Shown here in pieces: positions 1 through 13,629 of a stretch of DNA of 64,000 nt. The position numbers were made by a program, and so were the translations under genes. Each line of letters begins with the position of its first letter. Position 1 is the stretch's first letter. Below the pieces are notes generated by a model. The model saw only the letters and a list, made by a program, of their open reading frames with translations, was not told where the DNA came from and made no database searches. The stretch covers positions 48,174,001 to 48,238,000 of the forward strand of contig NC_043009.1 in NCBI RefSeq assembly GCF_006345805.1, read 5' to 3'. The DNA is from Octopus sinensis. Its lineage: Eukaryota.

Positions 1-108
1 AGTAAGTTGATTTCATTGAGCCCAGTACGCAGCTGGTACTTATTTTATTGACGCCGAAAGGATGAAAGGCAGTATCACCCTCTGCGGCATTTGAACTCAA
101 AACGTAAA
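1..108 (-). mobile_element. tRNA-derived SINE (family A), partial old copy
   Basis: Reverse complement of box-B region and body (gaaaggatgaaaggc...atttgaactcaaaacgta) matches family A copies at 8755, 22063 and 26833. Confidence 0.7.
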
Positions 109-109
109 G

Positions 110-123
110 ATAATAACAACAAC

Positions 124-162
<39 letters not shown>

Positions 163-190
163 GATGATAATAATAATAATAATAATAATA

Positions 191-257
<67 letters not shown>

Positions 258-258
258 T
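110..258. repeat. (AAT)n microsatellite
   Basis: Direct reading. Confidence 0.98.
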
Positions 259-942
259 AATATATTATACATATAAATGTACATACACACACCGTATATT
301 TGTATACATACTTACTAACTAACCTCCCGCGAATACACAGTCATATGTTACGACTTCCTATTGACATTATAGAAAATATAGCGCCAACATAGATGACAAA
401 AGGAAAGAGAGACTTGATATTGAAAGACAAAGCAAAGAGAAGAGAAATCAGTAATTATAGATCTATAACATTCTTGCCATTATTCTGGAAATTATTAATA
501 GGCTTCGTAGCAGATGAAATATATAACTTTCTGGAGATGGAGAATATTTTGGCAGGTGAGCAAAAGGGATGCAAAATTTACTCAAGGAAATCTGCTGATC
601 TGTAAATTGAGTGTAGGATACTAAATGAGGTACGTGTTAGAAGGGATTTGGTTGTTGGATAGACAGATTACAAGAAGGCTTGTGACACTGTTCCACATTG
701 CTGGCTCTTGGAATGCCTGAAGACGAGCGGAGTCAGTGAGAAAATAAATAGCCTTAAAACAAAAAAAAAAGAGAGAGAAAATGAGTGAAAGTGGGCCAAC
801 GTGTGCAAATGAATCGTTAGGAAACGTGAAAATACACAAGGGAATATTTCGGGGTGAGTCGCTGTCCCTATTACTCTTTGTCCGTGCGTTAATCCTTCTG
901 TCACGTGTACTGTGAAATTCCAGTCCTGCCTATGTGTATATT

Positions 943-1236
943 TGGAAGCACTCCGTCGGTTACGACGACGAGGGTTCCGGTTGATCCGAATCAACGGAAC
1001 AGCCTGCTCATGAAATTAACGTGTAAGTGGCTGAGCACTCCACAGACACGTGTACCCTTAACGTAGTTCTCGGGGATATTCAGCATGACACAGAGAGTGA
1101 CAAGGCCGGCCCTTTGAAATACAGGTACAACAGAAACAGGAAGTAAGAGTGAGAGAAAGTTGTGGTGAAAGAGTACAGCAGGGATCACCACCATCCCCTG
1201 CCAGAGCCTCGTGGAGCTTTAGGTGTTTTCGCTCAA
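943..1236 (-). mobile_element. 5'-truncated SINE (E-type body, C-type tail) inserted in the Dong-like RT
   Basis: 12-bp target-site duplication tatgtgtatatt at 931-942 and 1237-1248; body matches 39291 copy, tail matches 40578 copy. Confidence 0.85.
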
Positions 1237-1400
1237 TATGTGTATATTAAAACCAAGGTGAAAATAAAACATCTGTTTTATTAAGATGACCTCAAACTAT
1301 ATACACAAAATGAAAAACACCTGGATTCGCCAATACAAACCTAAGAGAATTCAGTAAGGATATTGGAATGCATCTTGTAGTGTTGAGTATGAAGTGTTAA

Positions 1401-1569
1401 GTGCGTGGCTTAGTGGTTAAGGCATTCGGCTCACGATCGTAAGGTCGTGAGATCAATTCCAGGCGACGCATTGTGACCTTGAGCAAGGCACTTTATTTCA
1501 CATTACTCGAGTCCACTCAGCTGGCAAATATGAGTAGTACCTGTATTTCAAAAAGGGCCAGCCTTGTCA
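1401..1569 (+). mobile_element. tRNA-head CORE-like SINE (family F), partial
   Basis: Box A tggcttagtgg, box-B-like gatcaattcc, CORE-like tgtgaccttgagcaaggcacttt, start of C-type tail gtacctgtatttcaaa. Confidence 0.75.
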
Positions 1570-2469
1570 TATTGTGACTATTTCGAAGGAGATGATATTA
1601 AAACTTAGGTAAATTAATTATTTTTATTAAAGATAACTAGTCCTGGAACCTTTTGATACCACTTGTGATGTTGGGGTTGAAAAGGTGTGTGGAGCGGAAT
1701 GAAGAAAGAATACCATCGGAGACTAGAACTGTCCAAAACGTTATTGAAACAGTAGGAGAAATCAAGACCAAAAAGACGGACAATAGACCAAGTAGGTGGA
1801 AAGAAATAGAATTACATGGCTAATTCCTACAATGCACCCATGATGTTGACAGTAAAGAACGCTAGATATGGCTCACAAATGAAAACCCGAAAAGAAAGAT
1901 TGAAGCGTTAATTATAGCGGCACATGAAGAAGCCATTGGGACGAATCTTAAAGACACAGATCGACAAAACTCAACTAGGGAGCAATGTAGAATCTGAAGG
2001 AGAGAAGACGAAAATATTAACAATCTCTTGAGTGAATGGAATCACCCAGCGCAAAAAATGAGTATGAGGGCAGGCATGACTATATAACTGTAAGTGAAAG
2101 AGTGCATTGGGATGTTAGCCGAATGTGTGGCTTCAGAAAACAGAAATGTGATAGGAATAAGAACCAGAGGTTGTGAAAGAGAATAAGAATCACAGGATTT
2201 CATGGGACTTCCCAAATAAAGTCTGGTCATACTATTGAAGCAAGAAGATGATTATAGAACATCATTATAGAGGACAATAGAAAAAAAAAATGGTGTAAGT
2301 GCATAGACTTTGCAATACCATAATATACCATATTATAACATAGAGAATACCGAAGAAATAGAAAAAGATCGAAAAAAATATCAGAACCTAACTAGAGAGA
2401 TGAAGAGAATGTGGAAGTATTTCCTTGGTGATTGGTGCGTTTGGCACAACGGCCAAACTGCTGAGCGAC

Positions 2470-2720
2470 AGGGACGTAAACACACCTAGACCGGTTGTCA
2501 ATTGGTGGTGTGGGATAAAGAGAGACACAAACACTCACACACATATGTATACACAAGAAAGGCTTCTCTCAGTTTCCATCAATCAAATTCACTAACAAGA
2601 CTTTGGACAGCCCGAGGCTATAATAGAAGACGCTCGTCGAAGGTGCCAAGCAGTGGGACAGAACCTGGAATCATACGATTGGGAAGCAAACATTTTATCA
2701 CACAGTCACGCTTGCACCTA
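2470..2720 (-). mobile_element. SINE family D, diverged partial copy
   Basis: Similarity to complete copies at 43271 and 61252. Confidence 0.7.
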
Positions 2721-3839
2721 TGCAATATATATATATATATATATATATAATTACATTAATTACATACATACATGCGCACGTTTTATATATATATATATAC
2801 ATTTTATATATAGATATAATATATATATGTACACATAATTACATACATGCATTTATTTTATATATATGTATATATACTACACTTTATTTTGTTAAGGTCT
2901 ACATAGGAAAAATATATAAGATTAACCTAAACTGGTTAATTTAACTCCAAATAAAAACATGTTTCATATGTTAAACATTTTTATTTAATTTCCTACGCAT
3001 AAAGTTATTCTCCTATATATTTTTGAGGTCCTATAGACAAAACGTCAATATTATGTAAAAAAAAACAACAAAATGTGTAAATTCGTCAGGAAAAACATAT
3101 CTTCACACAAGATAACATTTTTGATATATATTTATTTTACGTTATTTATTGGTTTGTTTTTTTATTTATTTTTTCTTCTTCTTTTCTTGGTGTCATCAAT
3201 CAGGTGCGAAAAAAGTCTTCTGATAAATTGCATTTTTATATTTGAAGATTTTTCAACTAAACTTTAAGATTACTTGAAAATTATTTCATTAAACTATCTT
3301 AGAGAAAAAAAAAAAAAAAAACATTTTTCCGTATGAAAAACGTAGTTTTAAATTCTGCCAAGAAAAACTATTACAAAATAAAAAAAAAAAGAGAATATTT
3401 TTATTTTTTGAATAATTAAGATGCGAAAAACTTTTCTGATAACAATTTTATTATATGTTTACTAGTCAAAACTTTGGGGTTACCTCAAAATTCTCTATTT
3501 ATTTATAACAAGACATAATTTCTCATACGATAACGTATTTTCTATTCAAATCAAATTATTAATTTAATTTATTCTCATTGTATTTTTATAAGAACAATGA
3601 AAAATAGATTTATTCAGGTGCAAAAGAGTAAGACATCTTGTTCCTATTTTAGGTTTTTGCAGATGAAAGTTAAGCATAAATTACAACGTTGCAAAGTATA
3701 TTAAAAGGCATTTTATCAGTGATAGTTGATTAATAAATTAATCAATATATTTAATTTAATTCCTCTTATCTAAGATTGCTGGATTATTGAGGGACAAGGG
3801 CGGGGGGAAATGCAGCTGTCACTAGTGAGAAATAATGTC

Positions 3840-4650
3840 GCGGTAGTAGTGATGATGGTAATGATGGTGGTGATGGTTGTGGTGGTATCTTGGCGGAGGT
3901 GGTGTAGGGTGAGGGCGGTGTGTTGATAGAGATGGTGTAAACCAGTAGAGGCGGGGGTGAGATGGGGAGTTCGGTGTTGCTGGTGTAGGTCAATGGTGGT
4001 GAGTGGGTTGGTAATGATGGCGAAGACCAAAGGGAAGAAAGAGTAGTGGTATCAGTGGTGGCAGTGGTAGCGATGGAGGTCTGGTGAAGACTGTGCTAGC
4101 TGTAGTAGCAGTAGTAGTCATCGTCGTAGTAGTAGTAATAGCAGCAGCAGTAGTAGTCGATGTCGTAGTCGTTATAGTAGTATCAGAAATAAGGATGGCA
4201 GCGGTGATGGTGGTGGTGGCGATGGTAAGGTGATTTCTGGGCTGATAATAGTAGTGGTATTACTATTGTTGGTATTACTAATGATGGTGGCAGCGGTGTT
4301 GGTGGAGGTTGTGGCGGTATGGTGATATTTGTGCTGGTGGTAGTGGTAGTGGTAGTAATGAAAAAGGTGGTGATGCTGCTGCTTGTGGTGGCTACGGTGG
4401 TCTGATTATGCAGGTGACAGTAGTAGTAGTAGCAGTAGCAATAGTAGTAGCAGCAGTAGTATTAGTAGTAGTAGTAGTAATAATAGCAACAGCAGTATTA
4501 GTTGTAGTAGTGGCTGCCGTAGTAGTGTTAGTAGTAGTAGAGGTAATAGTAGTAAGTAGTAGTAATAGTAGTAGTAGTATTAAGTAGTAGTTGTAAAAGA
4601 AGCAGTAGTAGTAGTAGTCGTAGTAGTAATTGTAGTAGTAGTAGTAGCAA
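3840..4650. repeat. (GGT)/(TAG)-rich low-complexity region
   Basis: Degenerate trinucleotide runs. Confidence 0.85.
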
Positions 4651-4965
4651 AGAAGAGTAAAAGGCCTCCAGCGGATTTGATTCTACGGAGGTCGTATTGG
4701 TGCTCATTGAAGAGAGAATAAGTTTCAAAATGGTTGAAGGTTGTTTTTGATAATGATTGTCCCCAGTTACCTTTGAAATACTGGCAATACAATGGGACAA
4801 TAGTTAGCAGTGCTTGAGATGGTGATGGAGTTATGGGCTGGTCTTCTTGGGAATATTGTACATTATATACATGACCACCGGGGTATATCTCTGTAGAGAG
4901 GGAAGGATAGCGAGCGCTATGTGTATGCAGAGTGGGATTAAGACTTATAGAGGCCCTAAGCTTTT

Positions 4966-5200
4966 TCGAGGGGTTGCTGAAAAGTTCGTGGCATGGGGGT
5001 AACAAAAAATACTGAAGGATCAGTTAATTATGATTTTATTCATCATATTCCCCTCTTAGATTCGCACACTTATTGCAGCTCGTGCAGTTTTTCTAAGCCC
5101 TTAACAAAAAAAAAACAACAAAAAAACTCGGTTGTTGGGCCTCCAGCCTGAACCATTTTAGGTACCTTTAAAGTTAAGAACTTTTCAGTACCTCTTAGTA
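4966..5200. mobile_element. Mariner-derived MITE
   Basis: Terminal cgaggggttgctgaaaagtt / aacttttcagtacctct; same element at 42634 and 51468. Confidence 0.7.
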
Positions 5201-5714
5201 AAAGATTTTGGTGCCCGCCATATATATGTAATTCAAAATATAAACAATAATAATTCATAAAATAGATTTATATTTTTCAAAATGAAATAAAACTTAGTAA
5301 GATGGAAAGTAATGTTTATTTTTGTATACTTTCACCTTATTTATATTTGAAAAAATTTCTTCTGCTTTTTTTTTAATTACAAAGTCTTTGATCAGATTCT
5401 CAAAATTAGTCTTCCGTAACACATCTACTTAGTAGAGGTAAGGCACCTCCAAAATTATTTTAACAAGTGATTTCTTTTGTACCGTAAACCATTTACCATT
5501 TCTATGGTACTACACCCACATCTCCTTTGATGCCCTAAGCACAACTTATTTTGCTTAATGCTTAATCCAGCGCTGTGTGTTTGGTTATACGAATGTCGAA
5601 CGGTACGTGCAGTTTCGCTCATTTACGAAGAAAGCTAAATTAAGTGGTTTGACATAGAACCCCAAGGGCTGTTTGAAAGTTGCATTTCGAACATTGTAAA
5701 TACGTCTCACCTAA

Positions 5715-6060
5715 AGTGGTATAGTGTTGTTTGTCTTGTCTGATTTATGGATATTTAAATACCTTTTTAGACCAACTCGGGACTTACATGCCTTATGACG
5801 AATATGGCACATGAAGGCATTGGCTGCAATGATCGCTGTCACATGGACGTGATGTGAGATGTGAAGTTAAACCAACTTTAGAAAGGCAGGTTTTTCCCAC
5901 GTTGAAACACTGAACGATGACACCAATTCCGTGTTCAGCCAGTTTCTCTTTTTACATGGTTCTCATCATTTCTGCATACTTGTCTTTCATTTCTTCAAAA
6001 TCTTTTACCGCAGACCAGATATTTTTTCATTTGTCTGTCAAGAGATTATAGCTTCAACTA
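5715..6060 (-). mobile_element. RTE-like LINE 3' fragment with C-terminal C2H2-type fingers
   Basis: Minus strand reads IWSAVKDFEE, then GKTCLSKVGLTSHL and MCHIRHKACKSRVGLKRYLNIH. Confidence 0.55.
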
Positions 6061-6099
6061 GACTCAATATCTTCGCGTGGCATTATATGTACATAGATT

Positions 6100-6224
6100 G
6101 ATAGATACATACATATATACATATATATGTATATACATATATACATACATATATACATATATGTATATATTGTATATATGAGTATATATATATACATACG
6201 CATGAATACATACATACATACATT

Positions 6225-6257
<33 letters not shown>

Positions 6258-6359
6258 TCATATATATATATGTATATATATATGTATATATATATATATA
6301 TATATATGTTATATATATATATGTGTATATATGTATTATATATATATGTATATATATAT

Positions 6360-6393
<34 letters not shown>

Positions 6394-6409
6394 CGCATGT
6401 ATATATATC

Positions 6410-6460
<51 letters not shown>

Positions 6461-6837
6461 GTATGTGTGTGTGTGTGTGCACGTACAGGCAGGTATGAAG
6501 TGTCTAGCCGACCTGTCAGCACTGTCAGTCTAACAATTACTCAACATTTCATGCCCACTCCGCCACAGTAACATTATATATATACGTATATTTATTTGTA
6601 TTTTCGATATTTTTCATTTTTATTATTGCTGGATGATGGAATTTGCTTTGTGGTGACGTTCCTCGTTGTGACACTTGTGGCTTACTTACGTACATACATG
6701 CATATATACATGTATATACGCACATACATACATATATATATGTATGCGCATAGATATATACACTATATATGCATATAAATACACACATGTATATATATAC
6801 ATATATATATGCTATATATATACATATATACATACAC

Positions 6838-6912
<75 letters not shown>

Positions 6913-7389
6913 CATGTATATGTATATATGTATACATTTATATATATATATATGTATGTATGTATGTATGTATATGTTCATACGTACATAATTTATAAGC
7001 TTTCATCAGCAGAACTTGGAAGGTGACTCTAGGGACGAGAGTTTCGATTATGGAAATAATCAAACTAAGCGCACGGCCCTTGTTCTTTGAGTCACTTTGT
7101 GACTTCATCGATTAAAAATTATGTAGCCCCACCCTCACCCCACTCGCGCACGCGCGCGTCTTTCATGTGTGTTTGCGTGTATTTATGTCTCTATGCATGC
7201 ACGTGATTTGTCTATGTATGTACGTGCATGTGAGCGTGCACTCTCTCTCTCTCTGAGTGCGTATATGTTTCTATATCTGTGTTATATATGAAACCAGATC
7301 GTTCATTCGTGCCTACATATGTATGCGAATCTTTGTGTGTGTGTGAGTGTGTGTACTGTCAGAGAATTTCGTATAAGTATATATATATA

Positions 7390-7421
<32 letters not shown>

Positions 7422-7683
7422 ATATATATTATACATATAAGTATAGATATATATATGTGTATATTATAAGTATATATATATATAGACCAAGTAATATATA
7501 TAATATATATATATGTAAGTATATATATAAACATATATATAAGTAATATATATATATAAGAATATATATATATAAACATATATATATAAGTATATTACAT
7601 ATATATATATATATATAAGTATATATATAGGTATATATATATATATGTATATATATAATATATATATATATATACATAAGTAT

Positions 7684-7715
<32 letters not shown>

Positions 7716-7750
7716 ATATATATACACATATATACAATACACATATATAT
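6100..7750. repeat. Compound (TA)n/(TG)n/(TATG)n arrays with short unique interludes
   Basis: Direct reading. Confidence 0.95.
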
Positions 7751-7799
7751 TTCTGCTATTTGATATTTTCATGTTATTCAAACGCCGCCATATTTCGAA

Positions 7800-8170
7800 G
7801 CCGTTCTTATTGTTGTAACTATTGTTGTCGTTCCTTTTGTTGTTATCGTTACAGTTATTGCTATTCTTCATATTGTATTCATTGGTGTTGTTACTGTTAT
7901 TTCATTTGTCTTTTTTTCCCCATTATTGTTGTTGTTCTTGCTTCTATTGTCGACATTGTTGTTAGTATTTCTTATGTTATTGTGGTTGCTGTTGCTGTGA
8001 TTGCCATTGTCCTTGTTGCTCTTACTCTTATCGTTGTTGTTGTTGTGGTGGATGTCTGTAATATTATTCTCGTTGCACTTATTGTTGTTGCTGTTATTAT
8101 TGCTATTATTCCAGTTGTTGGTGTGGTTATTATTATTATTATTATCATTATTATTATTATTATTATTATT
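7800..8170. repeat. (TGT)/(TAT) degenerate trinucleotide tract ending in (ATT)n
   Basis: Direct reading. Confidence 0.85.
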
Positions 8171-8719
8171 GAGTGAGAGAGCAGTTCATGCCATCAAAGT
8201 GACACTGGGGTAAAAATATACGAAGCCCAATATACCCATCATGACTAGCCGTCTGATAAAGGTACCCAGGCACATGCATCACAACCATATGTGCGCGACA
8301 TGGTGATCTCATATCAAGATAAACAGCACATGACCTTGCAGGTGGGGCCCAGTTAGAATTTTCTTCAGGTTGAGTAGCCATCCTGATCAAACGGTCCTGA
8401 ATAAGGGTTGTTTAAGGATGTTGAAAGAACCCCACCTATGTTTCCAGAGGTGAACTATTCACCCCAAAGGATCCTCTCAACACATGGCTATGATGTTCCC
8501 CACTACTTCTGCTCGTGATCAGAGATGCACATATCGTCAGCCACTAATAAAGGGACATGCTCAACTGTTAAGGTCAAACAACTGACAAGCAAATCTGTGG
8601 TATTGAGCAGAATATTTGTTGTAGCCCATCTTTTATACCAAGACAAAACAATGTACGTGATAACACTTCCAATCAGTTAAGATCAGAAGCCATGAGAGCC
8701 ACTGCCTGGTACTGCATCA
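8171..8719 (-). mobile_element. Unclassified ~550 bp interspersed element (family B), complete copy
   Basis: Collinear with 9972-10527 and 62801-63350; ATT runs on both sides. Confidence 0.85.
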
Positions 8720-8754
8720 TTGTTATTATTATTATTATCATTATTACTATTGAT

Positions 8755-9354
8755 AAGGCGGCGAGCTGGCAGAAACGTTAGCACGCCGGGCGAAATGCTT
8801 AGCGGTATTTCGTCTGCTGTTACGTTCTGAGTTCAAATTCCGCCGAGATCGACTTTGCCTTTCATCTATTCGGGGTCAATTAAATAAGTACCAGTTACGT
8901 ACTGGGATCGATATAATCGACTTAATCCGTTTGTCTGTCCTTGTTTGCACTCTCTGTGTTTAGCCCCTTGTGTGTAGTAAAGAAATAGGTATTTCGTCTG
9001 CCGCTACGTTCTGAGTTGAAATTCCGCCGAGGTCGACTTAGCCTTTCATCCATTCGGGGTTAATTAAATAAGTACCGGTTACACACTGGGGTCGGTGTAA
9101 TCGACTTAATCCGTTTGTCTGTCCTTGTTTACCCTCTCTGTGTTTAGCCCCTTGTGCGTAGTAAAGAAATAGGTATTTCGTCTGCTGTTACGTTCTGAGT
9201 TCAAATTCCGCCGAGGTCGACTTAGCCTTTCATCCTTTCAGGGTCGATTAAATAAGTACCGGTTACACACTGGGTCGGTATAATCGACTTAATCCGTTTG
9301 TCTGTCCTTGTTTCTCCCCTCTATGTTTAGCCCCTTGTGGGCACTAAAGAAATA
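8755..9354 (+). mobile_element. SINE family A (young) head plus three tandem 184-bp units
   Basis: ggtatttcgtctg recurs at 8804, 8988 and 9172; box A tggcagaaacg, box B gagttcaaattcc. Confidence 0.9.
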
Positions 9355-9895
9355 AGAATCGTTAGCATGCCGTACAAAATGCTTAACAGTATTACATCCA
9401 TCTTTACGATTTGATTTCAAATTCCACCAAGGTCGACTTTGCTTTTCATCCTTTTAGGGCCTATTACACCGACTCCCTCCTCCTCTCAGAAACTGCTAAT
9501 CTAGTACTAAGATTTGAAACTATTGAAGGTGGCGAGCTAATAAAATCGTTTGCGTGCCGGACAAAATGCTTAGCGGCTGTGATCGGCGAAATAAGTCCTA
9601 GTTGAGCATTGAGGCTCATGTAATCGACATTCCCCCTCCCCTCAAAACTGCAGGCCTTGTGCTTCTAGTAAATGGGATTATTATCATTATTATAGTTGTT
9701 GAGGCGGCGCGCCGGACAAAATGCTTAGCGGAATCTCGTCCGTCTATACGGTCTGAGTTCAAATTCCGCCAGTACTGACTTTACCTTTCATCCTTTCAGG
9801 GTCGATAAAATACATACCAGGTGCGTACTCGTGTCGATGTAATCGTCCATCCCTTTCCCCAAATTTCAGTCTTTGTGCCTCTAGGAAAAAGGATT
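9355..9895 (+). mobile_element. Three older family A SINE copies, head to tail
   Basis: Diverged heads and bodies at about 9355, 9525 and 9700; the last two end in ATT-type tails. Confidence 0.75.
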
Positions 9896-9918
9896 ATTAT
9901 TATTATTATTATTTATCA

Positions 9919-9968
<50 letters not shown>

Positions 9969-9971
9969 TTA

Positions 9972-10527
9972 GAGTGAGAGAGCAGTGCATGCCATCAAAG
10001 TGATACTGGGGTAAAATATACGAAGCCCAGTATACCCATCATGACTACTCGTCTGATAAGGGTACACTAGGCACATGCATCACAACCATATGTGCGCGAC
10101 ATGATGATCTCATATCAAGATAAACAGCACATGACCTTGCAGGTGGGGGCCGAGTTAGAATTTTCTTCAGGTCGAGTAGCCCAGCCCGCTCAAAAGGTCC
10201 TTGAATAAGGGTTGATTAAAGATGTTAAACGAAACACCCATGTTTCCAGAGGTGAATTATCCAAACCTCCAAAGAATCCCTCTCAGCACATGGCTATGAT
10301 GCTTCCCCACTACTTCTGCTCGTGATCAGAGATGGACATATCGTCAGCCACTAAGGGACATGCTCAACTGGTTAAGGTCAAACAACTGACAAGCAAATCT
10401 GTTCTATTGAGCAGAATATTCGCTGTAGCCCATCTTTTATACCAACACAAAGCAATGTACATGATAACACTTTCAATCAGTTAAGATCAGAAGCCACGAG
10501 AGCCACTGCATGGTACTGCATCAGGGC
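9972..10527 (-). mobile_element. Family B ~550 bp element, complete copy
   Basis: Collinear with other copies; (ATT)n at 9894-9970 forms its 3' tail. Confidence 0.85.
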
Positions 10528-10654
10528 ATTTATCCTCCTCCTCCTCCTCCTCATCATCATCATCATCGTCATCGTCGTCGTCGTCATCATCATCATCATC
10601 ATCATCGTCGTCGTCACCATCATCATCATCATCATCATCATCAAAATTATTGTA

Positions 10655-10905
10655 ATTTTATTATCTTTGCACAGCTTCTAAGGCTGGAGATGTACTACGG
10701 TGTCAGCTGTTCACTACCAGTAAGCTAAGGTAACACCCCTTAGTTTTCGAGCACCATCCGGAGTATTCGAGCAGTTCCAAGCAGTGCTGTTTTCTGCAAG
10801 TGCTCCACCCTTATTGCAGCCCCTATTTGTTCCATATGCTTCTCAAGAGCTCCCAGGGCTCCGACAGTTATTGGTGCAAGGCCTGACAAATGACTAGATA
10901 TTCTT
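10655..10905 (-). mobile_element. R4/Dong-like 3' end
   Basis: Minus strand PITVGALGALEKHMEQIGAAIRVEHLQKTALLGTARILRMVLEN* (stop 10740-10742), short 3' UTR, degenerate TAA tail. Confidence 0.8.
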
Positions 10906-11299
10906 TAGTCAAAGAAAGAAAGTTTCCAGCCGGTCACTCAACGTACTAGAAATAGCAACCGAATCTCCTTTCAACTCATACATTACTGTAGATGTCGTTG
11001 TGGGTGATGGTTCACTTCCGCTACCAACAGCAAGACAACTACCACCACCGCCTCAACCATCACCAGGTTATGGTGATAGTGTTGTTGATGCTGGTGGTGA
11101 TAGTGATGTCGATGATGATACCACTGCTAGTGGTTGGGTAGTTATGATGGTGGTGATAAAGGTGGCGGTGGTTGTTGTGTTGTAGATGTCGGAGTTGCCG
11201 ATGGTACAAGAGGTAGAGGTTATGGCGGTGATTCGGCTGCGGTGGTTGTGGTGGTAGTTGCGATGATATTGGTAGTGATGATGATTATGTTTCACAAGA

Positions 11300-11675
11300 A
11301 GACGACACACACACATATATAAATATGTGTGTATGTATGCATACATATACATGCATACACAGACACACTCACACACACACATATATAGAGGAAAAAAGGA
11401 AAGAGGAAAATGGAGCAAATGATAAAGGAGTGTGGGGAGAAGATGAAGAAGAAAATGAAGGATATGTGCTTGGGGAAATATAGAGAAGGAAACTTATATG
11501 CGCGCGTCTGTATAACATGCATATATATATATGTGTTCGTGTGCGTGTACTGTGTGTGTATATGTGTGTATGTGTATACTTACGGAGAAAGCCAAAGAAG
11601 GAGAGGGAGAGAGGGTTTGATTGATATTCAAGTTGTAAAGCAGAAAGATAGGTTGACAAAGAGATAGATTTGTGT

Positions 11676-11716
<41 letters not shown>

Positions 11717-12021
11717 AGAGCGGGAGAGAGAGAGGGGTAGAGAGAGAAATGAGAGATACATACTACTGTGCATGTGTGAGTAAGAAACAAACAAAGAAGA
11801 GGAAAGAGAGAAGGGAAATAGGGGAAAGTGTAATAAATTATATACGTATGGGGAAAAGGAGCAGAGAGTGGGTGGATGAGATAGCAGGTAAATGTTTGAA
11901 AGACACAGATAGAAAGATAGAAAGGGACAGGAGAAAATGTGTATATGTGGTGTGTGTGTGTTTGTGTATATGTGTGTTTGTGTGTGTGTGTGTATGTTTG
12001 TGTGTGTGTGTGTGTGTGTGC

Positions 12022-12057
<36 letters not shown>

Positions 12058-12740
12058 TGAAAATGGTGCTGCCATCACAAGGAATTATTGGTCTAATCTT
12101 AGATTGATATCGCCAATAATTCTTCTCTTCAATAAAGTTAAGGAAATTCTCGAAAAATTTTTCATCTGATATGAAAGAGTGTTATGGCTGGTGGGATGGT
12201 GAGGTGATGGGCGTGGTGTTGGCGGTGATGTGTTGGTGGTGGTGTGTTGGTGGGGTGGTGGTCGTGGTGGTGGTGTACTGGTTGTGTTGATGTTGATGGC
12301 TGTGGTTTGTTAGTGGTGGTGGTGGGGTGTTTGTAGGGTAGTGGTGGTGGCGTGTTTGTGTTGGGTGATGTTGGGCGGGGGTCTGATTTGGTGATGGTGT
12401 GTTGGTGTGTTAGAGTGTAAGTGAGTTGATAGTGGGGGCTGGGTGTTCGTGGGAATGTGGTGGGTGGTTGATTGGTACGGCGGTGCAGTGGTGTGTATGT
12501 GTGGCGGGGTTAGTGTGGTGGTGTTTTAGTAAGGCTGTGTGTTGGTGTGGTAGTAGATTAATCAGATGGTGGATTGGTATGGTGGTGTAGGCGGGAGTTA
12601 GTGTATAGGATCGGTGTGGTAGTGTTTTAGTGTAGTTATGTGGTGGTGTGTTGGTTTAGTTGTTGCGTTAATGTACTGGTGAGTTAGTACAGCAGTGAGT
12701 TAGTACGGTGAAGCGGTGGTGGTTTGCTTTGGTGCAGTGT
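11300..12740. repeat. Low-complexity (TG)n, (GA)-rich and G+T-rich tract
   Basis: Direct reading. Confidence 0.85.
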
Positions 12741-13629
12741 TGATATGAGCTCCTTTCAGATCGTTTAGAAAGGTAAAAATTACTAAAAACATAATTATTA
12801 TTTCTAGACCTTTACAGTCACATCTTCAGGATGGGGTTAAGTTGTCGTTTATTGCTGCCTATATAGAGTAAGCAGAGCCAGTGTGTCTGATGTAGACCTT
12901 TCTGCTTGAAAAGTTTGATTAATAGATTTATGCGTCATCAGTCAGGTGTTAATTTTTATTAATGACTGATGTATATTGCCACCGTGTTGTTTTAGCATTT
13001 TCCTGTATTATGAATATTGCTCCTATCATTAATGGTGTATGTTTGTAAGGAATTCTTTATTGTACGTAATGACGTATTTATTCCTTCTTGATACATTCTG
13101 GCAGATTCGAACGTGAATATTCGATCGTTGCTGTTAGTCATCGAAGAACACAGCTTCTCTTTAGATGACACGTCATCATAACACACGTGATTTACCGGTG
13201 TAAAAGGACTTTGAGTCACCGCGCTATTTCGACCTTATTGTGTGTTACCATGTCGGCCCGATGAATCTAACAAGAGCACAAGCTTTTGTTTATAGAAATC
13301 AGCAGTGTGCTATGTCTACCAAACAGACAATAATACATGAAGTACTAGTAGAACAGTGAGACTCCAAAGAATAACATAACTATACATTCTTAATAAGTTC
13401 TGACGGATTGAAATGTGAATTCTTCATTCACGTTCTAATCTACCAGAACGCGTTAAGAATTATTAGATACCTTATTGTTCGGATTCTTATTGTTCTGCTA
13501 GCACTCCATACATTATTAATTGTATTGTTTAGCGATGTTGTTTACAAACATTTTACAACCATGTTTTATTTATTATTTTTTTTTGTCGTGTGGAATTTAG
13601 TGCTTGGTGTAAGTGAATGGTGAGACTGT

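Larger units (their letters stand above)
380..2455 (+). mobile_element. Decayed R4/Dong-like non-LTR retrotransposon (RT, zinc finger, RLE), interrupted by two SINEs
   Basis: Across stops and frameshifts: SNYRSITFLPLFWKLL, DYKKA.DTVPH.W, GIF.G.SLS.LLFV, HLFY*DDLKLY, ELHG, EALIIAA, C-x2-C-like finger, RHD, VHWD, WDF, IDFAIP, KYQNL.RE.KR.W, VIGAFG; motif order typical of the R4/Dong clade. Confidence 0.8.

Noticed and set aside
997-1038. Resemblance of gaacagcctgctcatgaaattaacgtgtaag to part of 5.8S rRNA
   Set aside because: Short, gapped and on the antisense strand of a SINE tail; no other rDNA context.
968-1065. Possible HDV-like ribozyme (gagggt/accctt P1 with G-U wobble)
   Set aside because: No GG for P1.1, no convincing P2 or P4, and antisense to the SINE.
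3060-3700. Faint ~200 bp periodicity in AT-rich DNA
   Set aside because: Too degenerate to distinguish from compositional similarity by eye.
8700-8719. cctggtactgca similarity to U2 snRNA stem IV at the family B 5' end
   Set aside because: Only about 12 nt and on the strand opposite the inferred sense.
8804-9354. CRISPR-like array interpretation of this array and of 43812-44272
   Set aside because: Units are SINE-derived or degenerate with no unique spacers, the context is eukaryotic and there are no cas genes.
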